Positions 40,101 through 53,877 of a stretch of DNA of 64,000 nucleotides are shown here, in pieces. The stretch covers positions 129,420,967 through 129,484,966 of the forward strand of contig NC_068984.1 of NCBI RefSeq assembly GCF_001194135.2, given 5' to 3'. Numbering within the stretch: position 1 is the stretch's first letter; every line of letters starts with the position of its first letter. The notes beneath the pieces are model-generated. The model was given only the letters and a program-made list of their open reading frames with translations, had not been told where the DNA came from and did not search any database. A program made the translations under genes and the position numbers. The DNA comes from Octopus bimaculoides (Eukaryota).

Positions 40101-40549
40101 GTTATTAAAAAATAAGTAATAAATGGATTTAAAAGCATAGTCATAAAGTAAAGGTTCTATTAGTGCAATATTCATATTGCATGTTTTTTGAGTTATCAGA
40201 CAACCTCTTGTGCACAATGACTTCTTAGTTCATCTGCTTCAATGGATAAACAAATATGATAACCACTAACAATGTCTTATGAAGATTGCAGCTCTAGTTT
40301 GATCTCAATGCAGAAGAACCACAAGAAGTTGAATTTATATGTCAAGTAGGAAATAACACAGCTGTGATTCTTAAGGGTGAACAGAATAAACCAGTTGATA
40401 CAGATCAAATGAAATAATACCTGCCATAAATATTGAAAGTGAACATAATGTAGATTCAGTCTCTGAAGTTTGGAGTGAATCTATTAATTACTGATACAGG
40501 AACAAATGGTAATTAATGGTATTAAGTGCAATTAGTGGATAATGGTGCA

Positions 40550-40925
40550 GGTATGACACTGTCGTAAGAAGCTTACTTTCTAACCATATGGTTCCAGGTT
40601 CAGCCCCACTGCATGGCACCTTAGGCAAGTGTCTTCTACTATAGCCTGTAACCTCGGACCAACCAAAGCCTTGTGAGTGGATTTCGTAGATGGAAACTGA
40701 AAGAAGCTTGTCGTGTGTGTGTGTCTGTTTGTCCCCCCCACCACCACTTGACAACATCCCCACAACTTAGCAGTTCAGCAAAAGAGACTGACAGAATAAG
40801 TGCCAGGCTTTAAGAAATAAGTCCCGGAGTTGATTTGTTCGACTAAAACTTTCAAGGCAGTGCCCCAGCATGGCGGTAGTGACCCCTCATGGTAGCAGTC
40901 CAATGACAGAAACAGGTAAAAGATA
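40550..40925 (+). mobile_element. SINE family A copy
   Basis: Head and tail match the other copies. Confidence 0.8.
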
Positions 40926-41285
40926 ATGAAATATAAAAGAATGAAAGCAATCAAAACAATTCATTTGCAGGAAATGTGAAAGTAATGATTTCTCTAATGT
41001 TGTTGTAGGGACTGCATGTTTTATATAATGATTAAGTTTATTTAAGGTGGTTACTAGTTCAATGTTGAATGAAGTTTATAAATATATGAGATCACATGTA
41101 CTATGGTTTCACTTGGATAAATGCAGTATGACAAGACAATAACAATTTGTTCTTTAGATACAAGGCTAACCTTTTCTAAGTTCATTAAGGTAAGTGAAAT
41201 TAGGGATCTTTTCTGCTGCTGTCACAGTTTTCTATTTTCTTAATTTTGTTCTAATTGTTCTCAAATTTGATGTACTGATGTAGTT

Positions 41286-41975
41286 TTGTATGCTAATTAC
41301 AGAAACAAGGAAGAACAGAGATCATCAGTGATCCAATTTTTCTGGTCTGAAGGTGTGTCAGGGGCTGAAATTCATAGTAGGCTTTCAGCACAATATAAGG
41401 ACAGCACTCTATCATGCAGATGTATGTATAAGTGGAGTGAGAAGTGTAAAAATAGCCAGACAGGTATGAAGCACAATGACGATGAAGATTCAACAAGCTC
41501 AAGAGATGGTTCTGATGAACTAACAAGTGACTACTGATGAAGCAGTATGTTCTCTGCAAATTAGTCACGGTTTTGTATACAAAACCATCCACTTCCAGAA
41601 AGTGTGCGTGAGATGGGTGTATGACAATGCACACCCACACCACTGAAACCACTGAAAAATTGGGTTTCAAGTTACCGGAACGCATTGCTCACAGCCCAGA
41701 TTTCAACCCTTCCAACTATCACCTCTTTAAACCACTCAAATATCCTTTACAAGGTCGTTGATTTGCTATGGACTAAGAAGCATAGAAACCGATGCATAAA
41801 TGGCTGCACAACCAGCCGTAAACCTTCTCCAAAGAAATAAGCAAGCTTGTGGACCACTGGAAGAATTGCATCAAAAAGCAAGGAGACTATGTTGAAAAAT
41901 GATATAATTGTTCGACTCTTGCTTTTGTTTTAATAAATTACAGAAACAAGAGTGTGTATGATTTTTGACTTACCC
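41286..41975 (+). mobile_element. Internally deleted mariner element
   Basis: N-terminal HTH KEEQRSSVIQFFWSEGVSGAEIHSRLSAQY. After a deletion junction (VCVRWV/YDNAHPHT) comes the C-terminus HSPDFNPSNYHLFKPLK...KLVDHWKNCIKKQGDYVEK. TIR-like ttttgacttaccct at ~41965. Confidence 0.85.
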
Positions 41976-44109
41976 TAGCAGAAGAAACTGAAACACCTTT
42001 TATCAAAAACCAGCTCAACTAAGCTAATCAGGGGCTTAACAACAACAACATGCCATGTTGGTTAACAATAAATAACATTCTATTTAAAATAATCATTACA
42101 ACAATATTCCCTTCTATGTTATCATATCTGTTTTTAGCTTGACTATATTCTGTATTGCATAGTGCCTATGCACTGTCCTCACAGATTCAGCATATACACA
42201 TGAGACTTTTCTTTGCTACAATTACAGCCAACACGTCTTGGAGGTGATTCACTGTACAAGACTGAATCAGGGGTACTATCATTTATTTCATTAGAATGAC
42301 TTAAAACCTTGAGTGCAGACCATTCAACAAAAACATTCCTCTTCTCAATTACTGGTTTGTTTAACAGAAGACAGTTGTAAAGGGTAGAAAAGGTCCAGCT
42401 GTCTTGTTCTTCCTTACTATTGATATAAATTTTCGTTAAAAAAATAGTGTAGTAGATACTGTTATGATTTAGCATCCATTTTGGTTGCCCTAATTTCACT
42501 TAGACATTTTGTCTCTAATCTTACTTACACCATCAGATTTTCTTATTCTATTTGATAACTCAAACACTTCACTCTCAACCAATCAACAAACAGAAATTAA
42601 ACTGCAGCATGAAAAGGAAATTTCCTTTTGAGATCTTTCTTTAGTTCAAGGACAAGTTTGTAAAAGAAGACAGATTTTTGTGTTGTTGATCTGCTCAACT
42701 CCTGTATATTATTGATATTCATTTTACCAATTCAAGGATGTGATGCAATATGCTTGTGACGTGACAGGCATTCCCTATCCTCGTAAATCTATTACTGTTA
42801 TCTGCTCAGCCACTGTATTTCTTGAAGCCATCTGAAATATCAAAAGCAATAAGCATCAATGTAAATAACAAAAAAAGTAGAATAGCTTTAGATTATTGAG
42901 ATTTTATGATGATGATAGGCCATATGAAAGACATAGTTATGATAAAACATAAATTGTGAAAAAAAGCTAGATTGAGTTACGTAATTGAAATTATGCATAA
43001 TTTACAGAAATAGAAGTCATGATTTGCTTCTCTAATCTCAAAAATAAGTACACCTTCTCCTTGACTTACAACCAAGCTCCGCTCCAACTGACAGGTTGTA
43101 AGTCGATCGGGTCATATGTCGGATTTATATTTTTCAACACTACCTCGTTTGGCAACAGGTGGGGGTTGGTGGCAGGAAGGGCATCCGGCTGTAGAAAACT
43201 TGCCACACAAATAGCGCTGCACTATTTTCATTCAAACGCAACTGATGCTTGAAAGTGACTGAGTGAAGGACAGTGACTGAGTGAGCTTGGGTCTGAGGGA
43301 GGCCTGCATTGCCAAGATGCTGCCATAGTGATCATATGTGCAGCTGCCCAACGTCCAAAAATCTATTTGCTATTTATTTATTTATTTTTTAATTTATTTT
43401 TTGTGGTCATAAATGCAGATGGTCAGTAGTCACATAGGTTGTAAGTCAAGGAGAAGGTGTATAGATTATTCTTTGGTATGTATAACCACTCTAGAATGTA
43501 CTTACCAAGCACCATTTGTATTTTTGATGGCCCACTTTATACGTATATGTTCTTATCACATCATCCTGCTTTCACATACAGTTTCTTGAATATTTCATAT
43601 TTTTTCATTAACAGCATTCTGTTCATTTCCCTTAGTTTTCTTCATTATTTTGTGACATAAACCTGTCCTTTTAACAGTGCAACTAACGATGAGATACTTT
43701 TGTTTTGTCCTTGCTTCCATGTGTAACATAAAACAACACAGTCTGTTTCATAATTCAACTTGTATGTTGAATATTTGAATAAACCTTTGAAATATCTAGA
43801 ACCTTGATTAGAGGCGACCATTGAAAGATTTTTCATTAATATTTGTCAGTTTTCCCTTAAGTATTCCTCACATTTTATCTCATCTTTGAGAGCTTTCTAT
43901 TTTTAATCCCAACGACCATTCACTAAAGTGAAAAAATTAAATATTGCTATATTCAAAGATAAAATTCATTTTCTTCAACAAGGCAGAATAAGAACTTTTA
44001 ATGTCAATTTTTGAGGTGTTAAATTAATAACAGTTTCTGACCAAAAATATTTGACCAAATTGAGAAAATGATTAAATTATTATTTCCTTTTTGCAACAAA
44101 GTTGATAAT

Positions 44110-44505
44110 TCATCGAAAGTCTTGTTTAAGTCTCCAAAAGCCAATTCCATTTTTCCTATTAAAGTTACATATTTCTTTAAGCATTGCTTTAAATTTAGCT
44201 GAATCACTGACAGGTATTTTAGGTTTGAATTCTTTTATGAGTTCCTCAGTCGTTGCTTCTCCATTGATGTTACATTGGAATGCAATAAAGTTACGTATGT
44301 CAGAAATAAATTCAATGTCAACAGCACTTGCAACATCATCATCATCAACAGAACTGTCTATTAAGGCTTTTCTGGCTTTCATACGTGTCAATAGTTCCTG
44401 AGAAGTCATAGGAGACAACGATGAGTCATCAGATGTTTTCTTATTTAAATATTTATTACCAGAAACATGGCCATCAAAGTGTGCTGGTGTTTCCTTCGCA
44501 GTTGC
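44110..44505 (-). CDS. ERCC6: ERCC6/CSB last coding exon (ubiquitin-binding winged-helix domain; stop at 44110-44112)
   Basis: HFDG...SQELLTRMKAR...DIRNFIAFQCNINGEATTEELIKEF...FKAMLKEICNF...G.WRLK matches the CSB C-terminus; acceptor ttttgatatttcag. Confidence 0.93.
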   Translation of the reverse strand, partial: ATAKETPAHFDGHVSGNKYLNKKTSDDSSLSPMTSQELLTRMKARKALIDSSVDDDDVASAVDIEFISDIRNFIAFQCNINGEATTEELIKEFKPKIPVSDSAKFKAMLKEICNFNRKNGIGFWRLKQDFR

Positions 44506-44786
44506 CTGAAATATCAAAATAGATTTTTTAATTTTTTATTTCCCTTTCAAAAATTAACAAACTTACCATATTTGATGGTATAAAAGATGTAAAACAATGT
44601 AAAATCAACAAATAAAACCTTAATTAAAGAAAATATTAAAATAGAAGATTATTTAAAAGGGACATACAATTTTACAGCTAAGGATATGAGTAAATGCTTA
44701 CGCAAAGAATTATAAACAAAGGAATTTGAATATCTACACTGATTACAAATGGAATTCACAAATGGAGAATTTAAATAGTTCCTTAC

Positions 44787-44871
44787 ATTAGTGGGAATTT
44801 GTTTGGCTGGACTCTTAGGTTTATGTGCATCCTCTAATAATAATGAGTTCTTTTTCTGGCCAAATTTGGGT
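44787..44871 (-). CDS. ERCC6: ERCC6/CSB exon (KPKFGQKKNSLLL...)
   Basis: 85 nt, phase 2->0, AG/GT. It keeps the frame between flanking exons and resembles CSB RFGKKRNS. Confidence 0.8.
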
Positions 44872-45595
44872 CTGTAATAAGAAATTGATTTAAAATAGAT
44901 ATAATATTATGTGTTTACACACACACACACACATGTATATGTACAAAGAGATATATGAAAACAAAGTTAATAGATATTGGTTTCAAATTCTGGCACAAGG
45001 CCAGCAATTTCAGGTTGGTGGGTTAAGTTGATTACATCGACGCCAGTATTCAACTGGTACTTATTTTTATCGACCCTGAAAGGATGAAAGGCAAAGTCGA
45101 CCTTGGCAGAATTTGAACTCAAAACGTAAAGACGGACAAAATGTTACTAAGCATTTAACCTGGTGTGCTAATGATTCTACCAGCAAAGCTAATAGGTATT
45201 AACATCAACAATAACAATGAGATGAATATAAAATAGTTGTTAGATATAATCTAATAACAAATGTTTATCATATTGGTCTCAGATTTTGGCACAAGGCCAG
45301 CAATTGGGGGGGAGGGGGGTAAGCCGATTACATTGACCCCAGTGCTCAACTGATGCATATTTTATCGCCCTGACGTGACAGGCTTCCAGACAGTTTCCAG
45401 TTACCAAATTCACTCACAAGGCATTATTAGGCCTGGTGCTATAGTAGAAGACACGTGCTCAAGGTGTTGTGCGGTGGGACTGAACCCGAAACCATATGTT
45501 TGCAAAGAGAACTCCTTAATCAGACAGCCAAGCCTGCACCTATTAACATAATTGCTAAAAGAAGGAAAAAAAGGGAAAAAGTGTGGAAGACATAC

Positions 45596-45794
45596 TTTGG
45601 CATATTCATTTTGTTGCCTCCATGGCTCCCAGTCCATGTTGGTATTCCGGAGGTTGCCCTGTTACACCGCTGCCTGGAAAGTTTCAATGCATTCATTGCT
45701 TGTTTAGCAACTCTATTCGCTTCTGATTCAACCAGCAGATAATCTGCTTGTGACGAATCCATGACTGTATCATGTTTTAGCGCACTGTGGACAC
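45596..45794 (-). CDS. ERCC6: ERCC6/CSB exon (GVHSALKHD...[24 protein letters not shown]...PTWTG)
   Basis: 199 nt, phase 1->2; strong similarity to CSB. Confidence 0.93.
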
Positions 45795-46069
45795 CTAATG
45801 AGGAAAAAAGAAATTTAATTACAAATCATTGATCATTAACACCATCCACATCAGAATCGTTGCTACCAAGGTTGATTCTGAGACTAAACAATAACATTAA
45901 CTCAAGCAATTAATATTGGTTTCACATTTTTACAGAAGGCCAGCATTTTTGAGAGAAGGGGAAAATCAATAACATTGACCCCAGTAATCAACTGGTACTT
46001 ATTTTAGCGACCTTGAAAGGATGAAAAGCAAAGTCGATTTTGGCGGAATTTGAACTCAGAACATTAAGA

Positions 46070-46445
46070 CAGGAGTGGCTGTGTGGTAAGTAGCTTGCTT
46101 ACCAACCACATGGTTCTGGGTTCTGGGTTCAGTCCCACTGCATGGCACCTTGGGCAAGTGTCTTCTACTATAGCCTCAGGCCGACAAAAGCCTTGTGAGT
46201 GGATTTGGTAGACGGAAACTGAAAGAAGCCCGTCGTGTGTGTGTTTGTGTGTCTGTATTTGTCCCCCAACATCGTTTGACAACCGATGCTGGTGTGTTTA
46301 CATCCCCATAACTTAGCAGTTCGGCAAAAGAGACCGATAGAATAAGTACTAGGCTTACAACGAATAAGTCCTAGGGTTGATTTCTTCGACTAAAGGTGGT
46401 GCTCCAGCATGGCCACAGTCAAATGACTGAAACAAGTAAAAGAGT
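46070..46445 (+). mobile_element. SINE family A inserted inside a family B SINE
   Basis: Family B sequence (minus) stops at ~46070 and resumes at ~46450 (gaaatgatgctaagcattttgccc). Confidence 0.8.
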
Positions 46446-47137
46446 ACATGAAATGATGCTAAGCATTTTGCCCAGCACAGTAACAATTCTTAGACAAGCA
46501 ATTAATATTAAAGTGATGTTTATTCTGCCTAAATCAATCTTGCCTTTCACTCTTTCAGGGTCAATAAAATAAATACCAGTTGAGCACTGGGGCTGATGTA
46601 ATCGACTTACCCCGACCCTTGAAATTGCTGACCTTGCACCAAAATTTGAAATCACTACTAAAGTGGTGTTTGGAACATAACTGAACAAAATATTCTCACA
46701 TAAAATTATCATGGAAGAATTTAATTTAAATCAAAACGCTTTTAAAATGGATGGTTTTGTATTGGAACTATAGGTAGTGTAGGTTGGTTAGCATCGAAAG
46801 GATTAAGAAGAACTGAGATGCATCAATACAAATACTTCAAGAATTCACACAGACATAAAAAGTAATTATTTCAGAACTTTCAAATGATGCTAACTGGGAG
46901 AAATGAATATAAATGAACAGTGAGAAGTACCATATTTTATGGCATATAAGACACACATTTTTTTTTTTTTTTTACTAAAGTAAAAAAAAAAATCACTCTG
47001 GACCCCATATGCAAAGTTTGGTTTCCATAAGCTGTAATGCACTAAAAACGCCTTTTCCTGAATATGCAGTGCTGAAATCAGGCAGCATCTGATATGCCCA
47101 TGTGTCTTTTATGCTACCAAATACAGTAATTATTTAC

Positions 47138-47281
47138 CTGATTTTTTGAAAAGTTTCTGCAACACATAATCATCCATCATATTATTTAGTTCCTTGTCAT
47201 TTGTTTTGTCTTCAGGATCATCAACTGCACATTTGTAAGCAGATTTCTTCACCAAATTAGAAATCACCTCACCATCACAAT
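47138..47281 (-). CDS. ERCC6: ERCC6/CSB exon (CDGEVISNLVKK...DDYVLQKLFKKS)
   Basis: 144 nt, phase 1->1; matches CSB IPHLVKK...DDYVLEKLFKKS. Confidence 0.9.
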
Positions 47282-47873
47282 CTAAATTAATAAATACATG
47301 ATTGTTTTAAATACAAACATAGAACGAAAATAGAACTAAATAACAAAAAAAAATATCAAATAATAATTGGCTTATGGCCAAGTGGTTAGTGTTGGGTTCA
47401 CAACCATAAGGTTGGGGGTTTGATTTTCATGTGAAATTAAGTGCCTTGCTCCAAACACTCTTTGTAAATATATATATATAATTCAGTGTGAATTGGAGTC
47501 TTTTTGTCTTTACATTATGTAATTATTGTAAACAATACAATAAGTGTCACTATCATACTAACAGTACCCTTTGAAACCAATCCTCCATGGAAACATGTTT
47601 GGCCGTGGAAAAATATATTACCCTACTTGGAAACAGGTGAAGGTGAGTGTTGGTGACAGGAAGGGCATTCCATTGCAGAAAATTTCTCACAACAAATTCT
47701 GTGTGATCCATATGAGCATGGAAAGATGGACATTAAAACAAGAACAACAATTATGATTATGATTGTCTGACCATCATTACTAGACTTCATTCCACTTCCC
47801 ATCTTCTCCATCATAAACTAAACAAATGGAAACTAAACATACAGTATAATCTGAAAAAGAAAAACACACTTAC

Positions 47874-48481
47874 AAATATCTTTTTGTTTTTTCCGTTTGC
47901 TTTTGTGTTTTTCATGTTTGCTTTTGTGTCTTTCATGTTTTCTTTTTCTGTGTTCTTTCGAAGTATCTGAGTCATAACTGGTTCCAGGTTGAATATCTGC
48001 TTCAGTATGTCGATGATGAATACTGAGTGGAACCATTTCACTGTTTTTGTTATGGTCTGAAACCTTATCAGTTTGGTCAGAAACAATTTCATCTTGATCT
48101 GCCACATTACCATTCATTATCTCACCTTCAGAATTTTTCTCTTTTGAATCAGAAGCATTTTGCTTGTTAGCTGCCTCTAACTTGGACTTCTCTATTTTCT
48201 GGCTCAGTTTCTTCACTAATTTTCTCATTTTCTCTTTTTGTTTATTACTCAGTTCAAAATTCACAGAATCCTCATTCTGTTTTAAGAGATCAAATCGATT
48301 TGGCTTTTTAGGCTTAATATCAACTTCGGAGCCAGTTCCAGCAAACATGGCACCAGTTTCGGTTCCATTAGTTCCATCATCAGTTAGTGTAAAAAGTTCA
48401 TGAAGTTCATTAGATTTAAAGAACCGTCGTTGTTTTGGATCTTTCAGGACTCGGTTACTCAGAAATTGTTTAAAAATTTGT
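47874..48481 (-). CDS. ERCC6: ERCC6/CSB exon ([32 protein letters not shown]...FAGTGSEV...H/K-rich tract)
   Basis: 608 nt, phase 2->1, open throughout; contains the conserved post-ATPase segment. Confidence 0.92.
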
Positions 48482-48692
48482 CTATAATTTACAAAAAGAA
48501 AAAGGAAATAATAATAATAATAATAATAATAATGGTTTCAAATTTTGCCACAAGGGCAGTACTTATTTAATCAACCCTCAAAGGATGAAAGGTAAAGTTG
48601 ACCTCTGCGGGATTTGAACTCAGAGCATAAGGCTGGAAGAAATGTCATTAACCATGTTGGCCAACATGCTAAAGATTCAACAAGCTCACCAC

Positions 48693-48748
<56 letters not shown>

Positions 48749-48839
48749 CCTTACTACTCTAAGCACAAGGCCTGAAATTTTGGGGGTGGGGGCTAGTTGA
48801 TTACACTTACCCTAGTGCTCAACAAGTACTTAGTAGGTC

Positions 48840-49060
48840 CAGTCACTCTGGCCATCCTTGCAACAAACACCCACCTTTCAACAAATTTACTGGGGGCAGC
48901 ATATCCTGGCTTTAATGGTAGCAGGAATTAGAAAAACTGAAGGACCACTGTAATAAGTGTGCGAATCTGAGAGGGGAAGATATCGAATAAAATCATAATT
49001 AACTGATTCTCCTGTATTTTCTTTTACCCAAAGCCAGGATCTTTTCAGCACCCCCTCGTA
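48840..49060 (-). mobile_element. Mariner terminal fragment (TIR end)
   Basis: TA-CGAGGGGGTGCTGAAAAGATCCTGGCTTT resembles a mariner-type terminal inverted repeat following a TA target site. Confidence 0.6.
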
Positions 49061-49205
49061 TTATAGTCATCCCACCCATCATGCTAGCAGTGAGAAAAGC
49101 ATGTAAAAAGAAAAAAAACAATAAAATTTCATTAACACGAGAACAAATAAAAATGCTTTTAAAATTAATCATTAGTAAAAAAAACATGAACCAGCATTAA
49201 CATAC

Positions 49206-49420
49206 CTGTGGTAAATTTTTTCTTCGATGGTACCTGATGTAAGCAACCTATATATTGTGACTTGCTTTTTCTGTCCAATTCTCCAAGCACGTTCACGGGC
49301 TTGCGTGTCAGTGCTTGGGTTCCAGTCTGGATCATAGATAATAATACGGTTGGCGCCAGTCAAATTTACACCTAGTCCTCCAACTCTTGTTGTTAAGAGA
49401 AATATATAAATAGAACTGTC
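49206..49420 (-). CDS. ERCC6: ERCC6/CSB exon (helicase motifs V-VI: [18 protein letters not shown]...[11 protein letters not shown])
   Basis: 215 nt, phase 0->2, AG/GT. Confidence 0.96.
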
Positions 49421-50146
49421 CTGAAAGAAGAATTTATTGGTGGCTTGTTAACAAATATTGAATATGTAACTCCTATTTTTTTTAATAATCTAAAATATAA
49501 GTGGATTTGTTAAACATACAATCATTGACTATTTTTTTCTTCCTAATGAGATAAATTAGAGAATACAGTAAAAATATTTCTAAAGAAAACAACTTTTTAT
49601 AATACAGCTCATAGATGCAGGCATGGCTGTGAGGTTAAGAACCTCACTTTGTAATCATATGGTTTCAGGCTTAGTTCCATTGTGTGGCACCTTGGGCAAG
49701 TGTTTTCTACCCTAGCACTGAGCTGATTAATGCCTCGTGAGAGAATCTGACAGATAGAAACTGTGTGGAAGCCTGTTGCTGTTGCATGTGAGAGTGTGTG
49801 TGTGTGTGTGTGTGTGTTTCTATGTCTATGTGTGTCTTGGTGTCTGTCATTACACCCACCACTGCTTCACAACCAGTGTTGGTTTGTTTACATTGCCATA
49901 ACTTAGCAGTTTAACAAAAGTGATCAATAGAATAAGTATCAAACTTTAAAAAGAAACATAAGTACTGGGGTCAATTTTTCAACTAAAATTCTTCAAAACA
50001 GCACCAGCATGGCCATAGTCCCAGGACCAAAAGAAAACATGTACAAGGTAAAAGACACAGATAATGCTTAATACAAAATGCTTAATATATTAATTTATTT
50101 TCATTTTTTTACTCCTTAAACTTTCTAGTGAAAATCATTAACTTAC

Positions 50147-50257
50147 TTCATTGTAACGAGTAATAAGGGGTTGCCTGGCAGAGATTGCTGTCGTTCCATC
50201 CATTCTTATGTAGGAGTAGTTGTTATTTTTGCAAAAACCTTCAAAGATATCTAACAT
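50147..50257 (-). CDS. ERCC6: ERCC6/CSB exon (MLDIFE...[20 protein letters not shown])
   Basis: 111 nt, phase 0->0. Confidence 0.95.
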
Positions 50258-53200
50258 CTGCAAGAAATAAAGAAAACAGGACTTTAGTCTTCACCACCAT
50301 CTTCTCTCTTTGCCAACTGGGGTAACCATGTGTCTCCCTTACAGCAAGATAGCTGTTCCAGTTTCACTATCAAACTTTAACCTCTCATCACCTGGCATAA
50401 AGCTACCTCACTTAAATCTACTTCCCAATCATTCGAGGGGTTTTGTCTTGCAAGTTGTTTGGTGATCTGACTAGTGCTGGTACCATGTAAAAAAGCACCC
50501 AAAACACTCTGTAAAGTGGTTGGCATTACAAAGGGCATCCATCTATAGAAACTATACTAAAGCAGATATCAGAACTTGGTGCAGTCCTCTGGTATGCCAG
50601 ATTCTGTTGTGTGTGTGTGTATGTGAGATACTCCAGCATGGTCACAGCCTAAAGGCTGAAAAGTATAAAAGATAAAGGAATGTATGTATCATCATCATCA
50701 TCATCGTTTAACATCCGCTTTCCATGCTAGCATGGGTTGGACGATTTGACTGAGGACTGGTGCAACCGGATGGCTACACCAGGCTCCAATCTAATTTGGC
50801 AGAGTTTCTACAGCTGGATGCCCTTCCTAACGCCAACCACTCAGAGAGTGTAGTGGATGCTTTTTGTGTATATTTGTGTCTCTTGTCATGACATCACATG
50901 ATTGCTGTAAATAAATGTCCTTCATTTTCAAAACCCTGTGAAAACGTCTGGCCATCCAACCAGAGAAAATCTGCCTCAGTAAACTTTATCCAACCTGAGC
51001 AAGCATGGAAAAGTGGATGTTAAAAACGACAATATATTTATATATGTCCAAATAGCATCAACCTTCCATATTGACATGGGTGGGGTGATCCAAGAGGATC
51101 CAATGAACTGCAGGGCTGCATTGAGTTCAATGCAGTCGTGTGTGTGCCTTGCCTTGTTCTATGTCTTCCTGGGTATATTTCTTCCACAGATTCCCTCCAC
51201 AATTAGTGATCATCACTTCTTGACACAACTGTCGTCATATGAAAAAACATTACTCTAATTTAAAATTACATGAAAATCATTTTAGTCCTTCAATGTATGT
51301 GTCTTTCTTTAATAAAGAAAAGAAACAAGACATGTGAAAATGTACAAGAGAAACTGGGAAAATTACTGCTTATAGCTTTGGGAAATGAAAATTAATGCTG
51401 AAAAGTGACAAAAGATGAAAAAAGATTTCAGTAATTTTCACTCTCATTTATCCATTTTCCCATAGCTTGTGTGTCTCCTTTTCTTTTTAATGTTAGCCTA
51501 TCCTATCAACCAGGAAGTGCATGTGGTACCTATTTTTCATTTAAACAAATTAAATTAATTCAGAGTACTGAACAAAAACAAAGTTAATGAAGAAGCCTCA
51601 ATGTGATCACTAGACATGCTAGAAATAGCAACTAAATCTCCCTCAAACCATACTCTAAAATCTTAAATAGGATACTTTAGATCAGTGCTCCATAACATTT
51701 TTCAATTGTGGTACACTTATATTCTTCTCAAAATTCAATGGCACATATCTGAACTAAAAATATAACTAAAAGCACAGGGAAAAAATTATATTCAGGTTAC
51801 ATCACGGCACACCTAGCATCATCTTGTGCCACACCAATGTGTTGCAGCATACTGATTGCGGAACACTGCTTTACATCATTGTTTCACATAAGGATAGCCA
51901 GACCACCCCCACTAGTGGTGAGAACAGTGAAGACTAAATAGGAAACAACCAAATGAATATTGTACTTCTAACATTTTTTGCATATAAGGAATTATTTAAT
52001 TACAAACTCTATTTTGTCTTCTCATTAAAAAAAAAAAATTTAAAAAAAAAAAACAAAGAAAAATTCCACTAATATAGTTTTTTTGAAAACATGGTTAGTG
52101 GCATAGCTAGAGTATCTACCACCAAGAGCAGCCCTTCAGTTTTCCCAGCCTGTCTCACCCCACCTCCTTTACAGGCTTATACAGCAGACCCAAAATTGCT
52201 GCTCCCATAAAAGCATCACCTAACTCCCACCCCCACTCAGCTATGCTACCAGACATCATATTTGTCTGCTTGAGATTCTCCCACTTTGGATGATGTAGTT
52301 GCATATATTGTACACATTGCTAAACAGATGGGATGATCATGACTGGAAAGCCTTTTATCACTGAACTACCATGGCTGACATGGAGATTAACAACAACAAA
52401 TAAAAATAAAGACAGTAACATTGCTGAAGACTGGGTCATTGATTTTGCTTGTGCCAAATTTCAAATAATGTAAATGATGCACAGCAAGTGGGCGCAGACA
52501 TGGCTGTGTGATTAAGAAGTTTGCTTCCCAGCCACCTGGTCCCAGGTTCACTCCCACAGCATGACACCTTGGGCAAGTGTTTTGTATTATAACCTCAGGC
52601 AGTCCAAAGCCTTGTGAGATGGGAACTGAAAAAATAACAGTCACGTGTGTGTGGAAATGTTTGTGTCTCCTTATCTTGACATCATGTGATTGTTTGTCAA
52701 TGAATATCATTTATATCCAATATCCTGCAAAATCAAGTCCAGCTAAGGAGGAAATATTGCCTTACTTGAAAACAGGTCAGGATTGACAACAGGAAAGGCA
52801 TCCAGCCATAAAAAATTTACCCCAATAAACTCCATCTGACCCATGCAAGCATGGAAAAGTGGATATTACAACAATGCTGCTGTTGCTGCTGATGATGATG
52901 ATAAAGTGACAGGAATCATTTGTCCCTGTCAGAGAAAGGTCTGAGAACAAAGTTAAGAAAAATGATTCAGTTGAGAATCAAATCACATACAGAGCATCCT
53001 TATTATCAATGCTTTATAGGGCATATAGAAACATCTCTCTACTGAATTTATAACAGAGGAAGTTCAGTGTTCATTTAACAGAAAAAAGAGCAACTTTTGA
53101 TAATAACATAAACAAGTAGGTGTGGTTGTGGCTGTGTGGTAAGAAGCTTGGTTCCAGTAGCACCTTTTCAAAAATTGTATTATATGTCGAAAAAAAAAAA

Positions 53201-53661
53201 CCCAAAGAAAGTAGTAAAATTGTTTTAAAACAGAGATGGGTGTACATACATCATTTTGCTACAAAGGAATAAACATGCACCAGTTATCATTTAATGTTCA
53301 TTTTCCGAGTTCAGTCATACTGTGTGGCACCCTTGAGCAAATGTCTTCTACAGCCTCAAGCCAACCAAAGCCTTATGAATGGATTTGGTAGGTGGAAACT
53401 GAAAGAAGCCCATCGTGTGTGTGTGTGTGCCTTTGTGTCTGTGTTTGTCTCTCACCACTGCTTGATAACAAGTTTTGGTGCGTTTACATCCCCGTAATTT
53501 AGTGGTTTGGCAAAAGAGACCAATAGAATAAGTATCAGACTTCAAAAAAAAAAGATTAGTAGTGGCATTAATTCATTCAACTAAAAATTATTCAAGGTGT
53601 TGCCCCAACATGGTCACAGTCTAACAATTGAAACAAATAAAAAAATAAAATATATACTTAC

Positions 53662-53877
53662 TACTTTGCTTTGGGAAAATAATAATGTTCGATGACCTTG
53701 CTGTTTCCAAAGACGCAAGAGACCCTTAATGACAATCATCTTTCCTGATCTGCGCCAGTAGCCAAAATCAAGAGTCTCATCCTCTTCTATGTCGTCTCCA
53801 ATGTAAACCCGTGGACCTCCTGTGCTGATATCAGGATGGTTGCAGATTTTACGAAGAGTTATCAAACCAGCAAATAC
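53662..53877 (-). CDS. ERCC6: ERCC6/CSB exon (LRKICNHPD...GYWRRSGKM...LLFSQS)
   Basis: 216 nt, phase 0->0. Confidence 0.96.

Noticed and set aside
42090-42499. ORF ending in GCNCSKEK, reminiscent of CXC-type transposase tails
   Set aside because: Only a partial cysteine pattern is present, with no other supporting motif.
53720-53740. CSB VIKG where human has VVES: possible K-to-E restorative A-to-I recoding
   Set aside because: Lys at this position is recalled in yeast Rad26, so it looks like ordinary variation; editing cannot be inferred from DNA alone.
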